Both the position numbers and the translations under genes were made by a program. This document shows positions 19,157-29,248 of a DNA stretch of 64,000 nt, in pieces (position 1 is the stretch's first letter; every line of letters starts with the position of its first letter). The DNA is from Chloroflexota bacterium (GTDB lineage: Bacteria; Chloroflexota; UBA11872; VXOZ01). A model generated the notes under the pieces. It was given only the letters and a program-made list of their open reading frames with translations, was not told where the DNA came from and did not search any database. The stretch covers positions 256,001 through 320,000 of the forward strand of contig CAXXVD010000001.1 of assembly GCA_963662335.2 (NCBI GenBank). Reading direction: 5' to 3'.

Positions 19157-20362
19157 ATGCGAATCCTCTATCTGACAACGTACTATCTTCCCCACAGCAG
19201 CGGCATCACGGCCTACATGCACCGCGTCGCCCGGGGGCTTGCCCAGCGCGGCCACACCGTCACGGCGCTCACGTCCCAGCACCACCCGTCGCTGCCGGCG
19301 GAGGAGTGGCTGGAGGGCGTGCGCGTTGTGCGGCTGCCGGCGCTCTTTCGCGTGAGCAAGGGGCCGGTCATGCCCGCGTTCTTTACGGCGCTGAGCCAGC
19401 ACCTCGCCGCCCACGATGTTGTGCACGTCCACCTGCCGTACTTCGAGGCGGCGTACGCGGCGCTGCTGAACCGGGGGCGCAGACCGCTCGTACTGACCGC
19501 CCATACCGACCTCTACCTGCCGGCCGGCATCGTCAACCGGGCGGCGAGCGCCGCCGTCAATCTGATGCAAGGCATTGCCGCGCGCCGCGCCGACTGGCTC
19601 TGCTCCTATACTTGGGACTTTGCCGCGCACTCCTATTTGCTCTCCCGATTTCTTGAGAAAGCGCTCGTCATCCATCCGCCGGTGGAGATAGAGACCGTGA
19701 CCGCGGCGGACGCCGCCGCTTTCCGCCGGGACTATAACTTGGAAGGGCCTATCATTGGCTTTGCCGGTCGCTTTGCCGAACAGAAGGGCCTCCACGTCCT
19801 GCTCGAGGCTTTCGCCGCCGTGCGCCGCCGCGTGCCGCAGGCGCGCCTGGTCATCGCCGGTGAGTACCGCAACGTCGTCGGCGAGAGCTACTACGCGCGG
19901 TTGCGCCCCCGGCTCGAGGCGTTCGGCGACCGCGTCGTCTTGCTGGGACACCAAGAGGGCGCGGCGCTGGCCGCCTTCTACGCCGCGTGCAACGTGCTCA
20001 CTTTGCCAAGCGTCAATCCCATGGAGTCATTCGGCATCGTGCAGGTGGAGGCCATGCTCTGCGGCACGCCGGTGGTCGCTTCCGACTTGCCGGGCTGCCG
20101 CCAAGCGGTGCGACTCACCGGCATGGGACGCATCGTGCCGCCGGGCGACGGCGCCGCATTGGCGGAGGCGTTGCTGGCGGTGTTGGCTGATCCCGCGCGC
20201 TACGCGAAACCGCGCGACGAGGTAGCACGAGTCTTCGACTACGAGCGCACGGTAGACTTGCATGAAGAACTCTATCGCACGAACCAAATCGTCCACGATG
20301 ACCGCGCGCCCGAGCTGGAGACAGCTTCGCAGGCGGCGCGCCAAACGCTGGAGGTGGAATGA
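19157..20362 (+). CDS. Glycosyltransferase family 4
   Basis: FAGRFAEQKG, ESFGIVQVEAMLCGTPVVAS (EX7E). Confidence 0.92.
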   Translation: MRILYLTTYYLPHSSGITAYMHRVARGLAQRGHTVTALTSQHHPSLPAEEWLEGVRVVRLPALFRVSKGPVMPAFFTALSQHLAAHDVVHVHLPYFEAAYAALLNRGRRPLVLTAHTDLYLPAGIVNRAASAAVNLMQGIAARRADWLCSYTWDFAAHSYLLSRFLEKALVIHPPVEIETVTAADAAAFRRDYNLEGPIIGFAGRFAEQKGLHVLLEAFAAVRRRVPQARLVIAGEYRNVVGESYYARLRPRLEAFGDRVVLLGHQEGAALAAFYAACNVLTLPSVNPMESFGIVQVEAMLCGTPVVASDLPGCRQAVRLTGMGRIVPPGDGAALAEALLAVLADPARYAKPRDEVARVFDYERTVDLHEELYRTNQIVHDDRAPELETASQAARQTLEVE

Positions 20363-23300
20363 GTCGCCGCGCCGCTTCCGCACGATCGCGCAGATCTTCC
20401 CGCCGCTCCACACGGGCCGCGCCGCGGTTCATGTCGTTCTTCACCCTCTCCGCGCTTCCCCGGCACGGGCCGTGGCTGTTGCTCGCTCTGTTTCTCCTGG
20501 TGGGCGCGTGGTTTCGCTTCACCGGCCTGGACTGGGATTCCGGCGCGCATCTCCATCCGGACGAGCGGCACATCACCATCACACTTGCGCAGGTGCAATG
20601 GCCGGACTCCATCCCCCAGTACTTCGACGCGGCGACCTCGCCGCTGAACCCCTATAACCAGGGCATCGGTTCGTTCGTCTACGGCACGCTGCCGCTGTTC
20701 ATCACGAAGGCTGTGGCCGGGCTTGTAGACAAAGACGTCTACGACGGCGCGCATCTCGTCGGCCGCTTCCTTACGGCCGCGCTGGATGTGCTCACGATAC
20801 TCTTCGTCTTCCTCATTGCGCGGCGTTTGGGCGGCCTCTGGGCCGGGGCGCTGGCCGCCGGACTCTATGCCGGCGCGGTGCAGGCGATCCAGCAGGCGCA
20901 TTTCTATACCACCGACATCTGGGTGACGTGCTTTGCCACCGCCGCGCTCTGGTGGGCGCTGCGCTGGCAGGAGGAAGGGCGCTGGTACAACCTTGTCGGC
21001 GTCAGCGTCGTCGCCGGCCTGGCTCTGGCGAGCAAGCTGGGCGTGGCGATGCTGGCGTTCGGCATTGGCGCCGCCTTCCTGCTGCGGGCCTGGCGCGAGA
21101 CCCAGCCGACTGCGTCGAAGGCGCCCCCGGCTTTGGCCCTCACCACGCGCCTGCTGGCGCGTCTTGGCGGACACCTGCTTCTGGGCGGCATTCTGGTCTA
21201 TGGTGTCCTCCGCCTGCTCTTGCCCTACGTCTTCCGCTCGCCCTTCTGGTGGGATCCCCGGCCCGATGAGCGCTACACTCACGATATCGAGACGCTGCGC
21301 TTGTTGGCGGGAGGCACGGTGGACTTTCCCCCGTCGTATAGCTGGGCGCTGGCGGACTACGCGCTCTTTCCCCTGGAACAAATGTTCTTCTGGGAGATGG
21401 GCTGGGCCTTTGCGACCATAGCCTGGCTTGGATTGCTGTGGGGCGCGTGGCGCATTGCGCGGCACGGCGCGCCGGTGTTCGTTCCCGTCGTCGTGTGGGT
21501 GAGCGTTCATTACGTCTATCAAGCCATCCAATTCGCCAAGCCCGGCCGCTACTTCCTGCCCATCTACCCGGCTTTCGCCGTGCTGGGCGGGGTATTTCTC
21601 TGTTGGCTGGCGTACCAGATCGCACAGGGCAACGCGCACGCCTGGGCGCGACGGCTCATGTCGTACCTGCGTCCTTCCCAGGCAGAGAGATTCTTGCGTA
21701 ACTTCGCCACGCAGGCGGGATTGGGCCGCCTTGCGAAGATTCACCCTCACCCTCTCCCTCTCCCTCGAGGGAGAGGGGATTCTTCCGCTTCTGACCAAGG
21801 GTATGCACAGCATGCCGCGAACCCCAATGCAAAGGCTTCCGCAGGTGAGAAACCGCCATCCCGTCATTCCCGCGAAAGCGGGAATCCATCCTCCCGCAGG
21901 CGCTTCCTGCCCCACCTAGCCGTCGGCGTCGCCGCGCTCGTACTGCTCGGCACTTTGGCCTGGGCCTTTGCCTACACCCGCATCTACACCCAACCGACCA
22001 CGCGGGTACACGCCAGCCAATGGATATACCAAAACGTCCCGGCCAACTCGGTCCTGGCGGTAGAGCATTGGGACGACGGGCTTCCCCTGCGGCTGCCCAC
22101 GCCGGGCGTAGCGCCGGAGCAGTTTCGGTACGTCCAGCTTCCCGTCTTCTATCCCGACAATGCCGGCAAGCTGGATGAGATGATCGCGGCGCTGAATCAG
22201 GCGGACTACGTCGTGATTAGCAGCGGCCGCACCCACACCACGCTCTCAGGCCTGCCGGCGCGCTTCCCTATGATGGCCCACTACTACCGCCATCTCTTCG
22301 CAGGCAGCCTGGGCTTCGCGCGAGCGCAGGCCTTCACAAGCTATCCCCGGCTCTTCGGCTGGGAGATCAACGATAGCCGGGCGGAAGAGCAATTCAAGGT
22401 CTTCGACCACCCGGCGGTCTATCTCTTTAGGAAAACCGCCGACTATGATCCGGCGCGGGTGCGCACGCTGCTGGCGCCGCACCTCACGACGCTGCCCCAA
22501 GCGCTCGCGCCTCTACAGTTGACCTACAACGGCCTCTTGCTCACCGACGCGCGGCGCGCGGGACTCGAAGCCCAGGGCACGTGGTCCAGCTACTTCAACC
22601 GGGACAGCATCGTCAACGCCGCGCCGTGGCTGGTCTGGTGGCTGGCGGTGCTCTTCCTCGGCTGGATTGCGTGGCCGCTGCTCTGGCGCATGCTGCCCAT
22701 GCTCCCGGACCGCGGCTATCTGCTGGCGAAGAGCGTCGGGCTGCTCCTGCTGGCGTACCTGCCCTTCCTATTAGGGAGCAGCGGCGCGCTGACCGCCGGC
22801 CGCGCCGGGACGTGGCTCACGCTCGCGCTGCTCGCCTGCGCAGCCGCTTGGGCCGCGCGGCGCGCGTGGGCGCCGTTCACCGCGTTTCTGAGAGAACACC
22901 GCGCGGAAATCCTCATCAGCGAGGCGATCTTCAGCGGCGCCTTTCTCTTCTTCCTCTGGGTGCGCCTGACCAATCCCGACCTCTGGCACCCCTACTTTGG
23001 CGGCGAGAAGCCCATGGACTTTGCCCACATGAACGCGCTCGTCAAAGCCGGTCAGTACCCGCCCTACGACCCCTGGTTCGCCGGCGGCTACATCAACTAC
23101 TACTACATGGGACACCAGGTGTTCAGCACCCTGATTCGCCTGCTCGGCATCGTGCCGTCCGTAGCCTATAACCTGGTCGTGCCGCTGGTGGCGGCGCTGT
23201 TCGCGGCGAACGTCTACACGTTTGGCAGCGCGGTGTGGCGCCAGGCGGAGCGCGGCCTGCGGCTGCTGGCCGGAATCGGCGCCATCGTCTTTGCCGCGCT

Positions 23301-25011
23301 CCTGGGCAACGCGGACGGCGCGCTGCAATGGTTCTCTCGCCTGCGCGGTGAGGACGGCGCCGCGCCCGCCGGCCTCGCGTGGCTGGGAGAGGCCCTGGGC
23401 AACATCCTGCGGGGCGAGCCGCCCCCGGGCTTCGACTACTGGCACAGCACGCGCCTGATCGAGGGCGCAATCCATGAGTTCCCCTTCTTCAGTTTTCTCT
23501 ACGGCGACCTCCACCCCCACGTGCTGGCGCTGCCGTTCACCATGCTCATGCCCGCGCTGGCGCTGGCATTCGTCTTGAGCTACCGCAATGACCAGGACGA
23601 CGCGGCGCGGGCCGCCGGCTCCTCCGTGCTGGCGTGGCTGCGTCCGCTGCTGCGCTTTCCCACCTTGCCGCTGCTGCTGCTCGGCGGCTTCATATTAGGC
23701 TTCCTGCGCACGGCGAATACGTGGGACTACCCCACCTATGCTCTCCTAATTGGCGGAGCGGTGGTGTTGGTGGAGCGCCGGGGGCTGCTGCGCCTGGAGA
23801 TACCGGCGTGGGTGCGCGTGGGAACGGCTGCCGTCGGGCTGTTTCTGGTCGGACGCATCGCCTTTAGCCCCTATCTGGACCACTACCAAACTTTCTTCCT
23901 GGGCGTGGTCGGCGTGGACGAAAAGACTCCGCTTTGGGAGTACCTTGTCATTCACGCCGTGCCCCTCTTCTTCGCGGCAGTCTTCCTGCTGTGCACGCTG
24001 CCCCGCTGGCGCGCCACCGTGGACCTGCGCCTGGTGGGCGGGTTGGTCCTGCTGCTGGCGGCGCTTGGCATCTGGCTCGTGCAGCGGCCGCTCGTGCCGG
24101 CGCTCCTCGTCACCTTGGCGCTGGCGCTGGTGGTGGCGTTAGCGCCTCACGCCGCCCCGGACGCCCGCAGGACGCCGCCCCGCTCGGGCAAACGACGGCA
24201 GAGAACGCCGCAGCCCTTCCCACCTCTCGGCGCGCGTCCCGCGCGCCTGCTGGCCGGCATGGTAGCGCTAGCGGCGCTGCTGGGTATCTTCCCGGAGTTC
24301 TTCGCCATCGAGGGTGACGTGGGGCGCATGAACACGGTTTTCAAGTTCTACTTGCAAGCCTGGAACCTGCTGGCGCTCGCGGCCGCCGCGTCGCTGCCGC
24401 TGCTCTGGATGCGCTTCCCCGCAATTGCGCGGCGCGTTCTCGTGCCAATAGGCGCGGCGCTCGTCCTCCTAGCGCTCATCTATCCGCTCTCGGCTATACC
24501 CGACCGCGCCGAGCAGCGGTTGGTACCGGGACTGCGGACGCTGGACGGCGCGGCATTCATGGAGGAGGCCGTTATAGTCGACCAGGGCCGCCAAATACCG
24601 CTCACGTGGGACCTGGAGGCGATTCGCTGGCTGCAAGACCACGTGGCAGGCACGCCCACGGTCTTGGAAGCCACAATTCCGTATTTCCGCTGGGGCGCGC
24701 GGGTCGCGATTCATACCGGCCTGCCCACCGTGCTGGGGTGGGACTCCCACCAATGGCTCCAACGCGCGGAATACCGCCCCATGATCGAGCAGCGCCGGCA
24801 GGACGTGCAGACGATCTATGAGACCGCCGACCCATCCGAGGCGTTGGCGCTGCTGCGGCAATATGGCGTGGACTACCTCTATCTGGGCGACCTGGAACGC
24901 GCCTACTACACGGGGCCGGGCCTTGGAAAATTCGAGCAAATGGCGGAATTTGGCGTCATTCCCGTCTTCCGCAACGAGCGGGTGACGATCTACCGCATAG
25001 AACGGAGTTGA
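20359..25011 (+). CDS. Large membrane protein: PMT/ArnT-like GT-C domain fused to DUF2298 (Chlor_Arch_YYY) domain
   Basis: LHPDER loop, many TM helices, GGEKPMD, GYINYYYMG, IHEFPFFSFLYGDLHPH, NTWDYP, RMNTVFKFY, TGLPTVLGW; the start could also be the ATG at 20431. Confidence 0.85.
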   Translation: MSRRAASARSRRSSRRSTRAAPRFMSFFTLSALPRHGPWLLLALFLLVGAWFRFTGLDWDSGAHLHPDERHITITLAQVQWPDSIPQYFDAATSPLNPYNQGIGSFVYGTLPLFITKAVAGLVDKDVYDGAHLVGRFLTAALDVLTILFVFLIARRLGGLWAGALAAGLYAGAVQAIQQAHFYTTDIWVTCFATAALWWALRWQEEGRWYNLVGVSVVAGLALASKLGVAMLAFGIGAAFLLRAWRETQPTASKAPPALALTTRLLARLGGHLLLGGILVYGVLRLLLPYVFRSPFWWDPRPDERYTHDIETLRLLAGGTVDFPPSYSWALADYALFPLEQMFFWEMGWAFATIAWLGLLWGAWRIARHGAPVFVPVVVWVSVHYVYQAIQFAKPGRYFLPIYPAFAVLGGVFLCWLAYQIAQGNAHAWARRLMSYLRPSQAERFLRNFATQAGLGRLAKIHPHPLPLPRGRGDSSASDQGYAQHAANPNAKASAGEKPPSRHSRESGNPSSRRRFLPHLAVGVAALVLLGTLAWAFAYTRIYTQPTTRVHASQWIYQNVPANSVLAVEHWDDGLPLRLPTPGVAPEQFRYVQLPVFYPDNAGKLDEMIAALNQADYVVISSGRTHTTLSGLPARFPMMAHYYRHLFAGSLGFARAQAFTSYPRLFGWEINDSRAEEQFKVFDHPAVYLFRKTADYDPARVRTLLAPHLTTLPQALAPLQLTYNGLLLTDARRAGLEAQGTWSSYFNRDSIVNAAPWLVWWLAVLFLGWIAWPLLWRMLPMLPDRGYLLAKSVGLLLLAYLPFLLGSSGALTAGRAGTWLTLALLACAAAWAARRAWAPFTAFLREHRAEILISEAIFSGAFLFFLWVRLTNPDLWHPYFGGEKPMDFAHMNALVKAGQYPPYDPWFAGGYINYYYMGHQVFSTLIRLLGIVPSVAYNLVVPLVAALFAANVYTFGSAVWRQAERGLRLLAGIGAIVFAALLGNADGALQWFSRLRGEDGAAPAGLAWLGEALGNILRGEPPPGFDYWHSTRLIEGAIHEFPFFSFLYGDLHPHVLALPFTMLMPALALAFVLSYRNDQDDAARAAGSSVLAWLRPLLRFPTLPLLLLGGFILGFLRTANTWDYPTYALLIGGAVVLVERRGLLRLEIPAWVRVGTAAVGLFLVGRIAFSPYLDHYQTFFLGVVGVDEKTPLWEYLVIHAVPLFFAAVFLLCTLPRWRATVDLRLVGGLVLLLAALGIWLVQRPLVPALLVTLALALVVALAPHAAPDARRTPPRSGKRRQRTPQPFPPLGARPARLLAGMVALAALLGIFPEFFAIEGDVGRMNTVFKFYLQAWNLLALAAAASLPLLWMRFPAIARRVLVPIGAALVLLALIYPLSAIPDRAEQRLVPGLRTLDGAAFMEEAVIVDQGRQIPLTWDLEAIRWLQDHVAGTPTVLEATIPYFRWGARVAIHTGLPTVLGWDSHQWLQRAEYRPMIEQRRQDVQTIYETADPSEALALLRQYGVDYLYLGDLERAYYTGPGLGKFEQMAEFGVIPVFRNERVTIYRIERS
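21744..21888 (+). repeat. Two different REP-like palindromes inside the YYY gene
   Basis: ccctcaccctctccctctccctcgagggagagggg at 21744-21778 (PHPLPLPRGRG) and ccgtcattcccgcgaaagcgggaatcca at 21861-21888 (RHSRESGNP). Confidence 0.85.
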
Positions 25012-25031
25012 ACACGCGCCCGGGGTGTGCG

Positions 25032-25198
25032 GTCTCCGCCGGGCGTTACCTCGCTCACCGGTGTGACCGTAGCGCGGGGGCTTGTCCCCCGCTTCTTGGG
25101 CCGAACATGCGCCCAGGGTTTGCCGTCTCCGCCCGGCGCTAGCCGCTCACCGATGTGACCGTAGCGCGGGGGCTTGTCCCCCGCTTCTTGGGCCGAAC
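25032..25198. repeat. Near-tandem duplication (about 75 bp, period about 93 bp) carrying the GTAG-type REP gtagcgcgggggcttgtcccccgct
   Basis: Units at 25032-25106 and 25125-25198; the same REP occurs at 47268-47291 (reverse) and 53788-53812, with degenerate copies near 47309, 53933 and 57627. Confidence 0.88.
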
Positions 25199-25419
25199 GC
25201 ACGCGCCGCGCCGGGAAGGCGCTCAGACGCGCATCTACGCGAAGCGTCCGGGCAGGCGCGTCTGAACCTTGCCGCCTCGACTCTTTCGGTTTCCCATGCT
25301 CTCTCCGCGTGCGCGCGACCGGCCCTTTCACGGAGTTGACGCTTGCGTTAAAATGATAAGAGTAGGGCTTTCTCTATTTCTCGCATTTCACCCAGCGCAT
25401 TCATGAAGGAATCGGCAAC

Positions 25420-25905
25420 GTGGCAACGGTACGACTCATCGACACTGGCACGGCGGAGCGGGCGCAGGTAGCGGACGTGCCCGCGATGAAGCAAATCATC
25501 GACTACTACGCCAAGCAGAACCGCATGCTCTTCCGCTCGCTGGCGGAGCTTTACGGCGGCATCCGCGACTACGTGGTCTGGCGGCAAGACGGCGCGGTGG
25601 CCGGCTGCTGCGCCCTGCACGTCATGTGGAAGGACCTGGCCGAAGTGCGCGGCCTGGCGGTGCTGCCGGAGTACCAGGGTCAGGGCATTGGACGCCAACT
25701 CGTTGACGCCTGCGTGGCCGAAGCCCGCGAGTTGGGCATCAAGACCGTCTTCACGCTGACGCTGGAACCGCGCTTCTTCGAGAAGTGCGGCTTCCGGCGC
25801 GTGGAACGCGATACGCTCTCCATCAAAGTGTGGCAGGAGTGCTACCGCTGCCCGAAGTTCTCCAAGTGCGACGAGATCGCCATGATTCGCACGCTGCGCG
25901 AGTGA
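25420..25905 (+). CDS. GNAT N-acetyltransferase, short ArgA (N-acetylglutamate synthase)-like
   Basis: MLFRSLAELY, GCCALHVMWKDLAEVRGLAV, QGQGIG, KVWQECYRCPKFSKCDE. Confidence 0.85.
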   Translation: MATVRLIDTGTAERAQVADVPAMKQIIDYYAKQNRMLFRSLAELYGGIRDYVVWRQDGAVAGCCALHVMWKDLAEVRGLAVLPEYQGQGIGRQLVDACVAEARELGIKTVFTLTLEPRFFEKCGFRRVERDTLSIKVWQECYRCPKFSKCDEIAMIRTLRE

Positions 25906-26128
25906 CGCGAAAGCCGCCCTGCCACGCGGGTTAACACGGTCTTGCCGTGATTTGAAGAGAAATACCGTTGCGTTCTGCGGCCCGCCCTTCCAGATTCATA
26001 CTTTCTTTGCAATTCACACGTACGCTTAACTGTCAGAGCGCCAGAGCGGGCAGGAGTACACCCGCCAAGGGCCCCGGAGAGCGACGAGAGGTAAGCGTCC
26101 GCCACTGCGGAAGTGAAAGGTGCGCACT

Positions 26129-27619
26129 ATGTCCATGACGCGACGGTCGTTTCTACGTATTGCCGGCGGCGTGCCGCTGGCGGCAAGTCTCGCTTCCGGC
26201 TGCGGCTTCTTCGAAGACCTGGTCGGCGGGGACTCCGGCGACAAGACGGTCAACGTAGCGGTCTTCATTGCCCAGGGACAGGGGCAGGGAGGGAATTTCC
26301 AGGCGGCGCAGGCCGGCAACATCCTCGCCAACGTCCAGTCCGCGATCAACGAGATCAACGACCAGAATCTCGGCTTCCAGATGGACGTAAACCTGACGGT
26401 CGTGCCGCCGGGGCCAAACTTCAACTTTGCCGCCTTCTTCGGCCAGGCCAATAGCGCCGAACCAACGCCCACCCCCTTCAGCCCGATTGCCGAAACGCTT
26501 AACGAGGCCGCGGCGAGCGGGGCATTGGCCAGCGGCGATCCGCTTCCGGATCTGCTGATGATCAGCGACATGCGCGAACTGCCGCTCCTCTACGATGAAC
26601 GCATCATCGAGCCGTTCGAGCAGGCCACCCGCGTGGACGGCAGCATCGACCTCTCGGCGTTTGCCCCGGGCGCGCTTGAGGCCGTGACGTGGCAGGGGCA
26701 GGTGCTCGTCCTGCCGCTCTCCAGTTCCATCAACACCCTTACCTACGACGAGACTCTCCTGACCGACGCCGGCGTGCCGGCGCCCACCAGCGCCTGGACG
26801 TGGAACGAGATGATCGAGGCCGGCAAGCGCTTGACCTTTAGCGACGATACGGGCGGCCAGTGGGGAACGTACGCCCACGCCTCGGTGCCAATGCTGCTCA
26901 GCCTCATCTGGAGCCACGGCGGCGAGGTGTTCGACGCCCAGAACGGCGCCGTGCGGCTTTCCGAACCCGCCGCAATCAAGGGCATAGAAATGTGGCGCGA
27001 CATGATAACGTTCCACCAGATCGCGCCGAATCCGCCGGCCGGCACCTTTGCCTTCATGCGCTCCACCCGCAACGGCATGCAGGTAGTGAGTTTCGATGAA
27101 CTGCCCCAGCGCGGCGGCGGGGGTGGCGGCGGGGGCGGCGCGCAGCCCAGCGCCACCGCGCGCCTGGCAACGGCCGTGCGCTCCGGCGGCGGGCAGGGCC
27201 TGGGCGCGCAGCAAATCCACGCCGCGCCCTTGCCGGTTGATGCGCGCCAGGCCACCCAAGTGGCCCCGGCCGCGGGCATCGGCGTGGGCGCGCAGGCCAA
27301 GGATACCGGCCTGGCGGCACAGGCGGCAATGGTGCTCTCGCGGGAACTCTCCCAGTTGCCCGTGTCATTCTTCGGCTACCCGGTCTATAACGTCAGCGGC
27401 GAGCGCATCAAACAGGTGCGGCCCGGCTTGACTATCGAAGACGCCACCATCATCGCCGATGCGCTCGGCTACAGCCGCGGCCTCCCGCCCTTGATTGCGC
27501 CCTACTTGCAGTCCCTGTTCATGCAGCACCTCATGAACCCAATCTTGAGCGGCGAGAACACGGTGGCCGACGCGGCCCAGCAGATGTCGATCGCGCTGCA
27601 GGAGATGCTGCGGCAGTAG
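26129..27619 (+). CDS. Tat-exported lipoprotein, family 1 (sugar-type) ABC solute-binding protein
   Basis: TRRSFLR twin-Arg motif, lipobox ASGC, PDLL, LTYDETLL...P..WTWNEM SBP motifs. Confidence 0.8.
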   Translation: MSMTRRSFLRIAGGVPLAASLASGCGFFEDLVGGDSGDKTVNVAVFIAQGQGQGGNFQAAQAGNILANVQSAINEINDQNLGFQMDVNLTVVPPGPNFNFAAFFGQANSAEPTPTPFSPIAETLNEAAASGALASGDPLPDLLMISDMRELPLLYDERIIEPFEQATRVDGSIDLSAFAPGALEAVTWQGQVLVLPLSSSINTLTYDETLLTDAGVPAPTSAWTWNEMIEAGKRLTFSDDTGGQWGTYAHASVPMLLSLIWSHGGEVFDAQNGAVRLSEPAAIKGIEMWRDMITFHQIAPNPPAGTFAFMRSTRNGMQVVSFDELPQRGGGGGGGGGAQPSATARLATAVRSGGGQGLGAQQIHAAPLPVDARQATQVAPAAGIGVGAQAKDTGLAAQAAMVLSRELSQLPVSFFGYPVYNVSGERIKQVRPGLTIEDATIIADALGYSRGLPPLIAPYLQSLFMQHLMNPILSGENTVADAAQQMSIALQEMLRQ

Positions 27620-27674
27620 CTGCGGCCGGTTCACGGCGCTGTGCAGAACGCGGCTTTCGTTGCGGCACGAAAAG

Positions 27675-27706
27675 AGGAAGGGGCGGTTTGCGAACCGCCC
27701 CTTCCT
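27675..27706 (-). terminator. Hairpin terminator between convergent SBP and thuA-like genes
   Basis: 14-bp stem aggaaggggcggtt/aaccgccccttcct with a 4-nt loop; followed by CTTTT on the minus strand. Confidence 0.65.
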
Positions 27707-27741
27707 GAGTCTGCGCTTCTGAATATGGAGCCGCCGCGCAA

Positions 27742-28479
<738 letters not shown>

Positions 28480-28696
28480 CGTTGCTGCTCCCTTGCGAAT
28501 GCGGCGCGTCTTTCTGCGCTGCGCGCGCAGACGCGCCAATAATCGAACTGAAGTCTGTTAGCTAGCGAAGAGACTTTCGCTATTGGGCACAGTAGCATCA
28601 TACACAACCATAGGACCGCACACACCCTCAAGAATCCAAGCGCTACGCCTGCAGGCAAGACACTCTCAGGCGCAGTGCTATAGTAAAGGTCTGCGT

Positions 28697-29248
28697 CTAG
28701 GCGCACGACAAAGTGGCAAGGGAAACCCTTGGCCCAACGAGTGTGTTGATAGTTATGTTCCCGTACTCTTCGGGCTCGAAGATCCGGTCCGGCCCTACCT
28801 TTACAGGCTGCTTGTCAAACTTGGGCGACAGTTTCTCGCCAATGCAAAAGTACCGGACGCGCACATCTGAATGGTCGGTCTCATTGCCGTACTCGATGTC
28901 ACAGACCGAGCGTAGATACTCCAGAAACGGCAGTGACCGTCGTAACTGTTCTCTGTAACTGGTGTCGTTGCTCAAAGTCTTCTTCAATTCGATTAGCACC
29001 GCATAGTTGTCGCCGTTCAAGGCATAGACGAGCAGATAGTCGCAGACTTGCTTCAATGAGCCTTCTCTTAGAGCTGAAAGATGACTAAACTTACTAAGGC
29101 GAATTGCCGCAATCGAATCGGAAAGCTTCACCACCGAGACTTCCATCTTGGACTTTGGGTCACGCTCACGAAGGACAATGGTGTCGCCTATTCGCGGCTC
29201 CAACACGCGCTGAGCCAAGACATCCGTCAACTTGCTACTCAGCGACAT
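28697..29248 (-). CDS. Hypothetical protein with PD-(D/E)xK-like nuclease motif
   Basis: CDYLL...VLIELKK...EQL pattern; overlaps the end of the upstream ATPase; AT-richer. Confidence 0.6.
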   Translation of the reverse strand: MSLSSKLTDVLAQRVLEPRIGDTIVLRERDPKSKMEVSVVKLSDSIAAIRLSKFSHLSALREGSLKQVCDYLLVYALNGDNYAVLIELKKTLSNDTSYREQLRRSLPFLEYLRSVCDIEYGNETDHSDVRVRYFCIGEKLSPKFDKQPVKVGPDRIFEPEEYGNITINTLVGPRVSLATLSCA

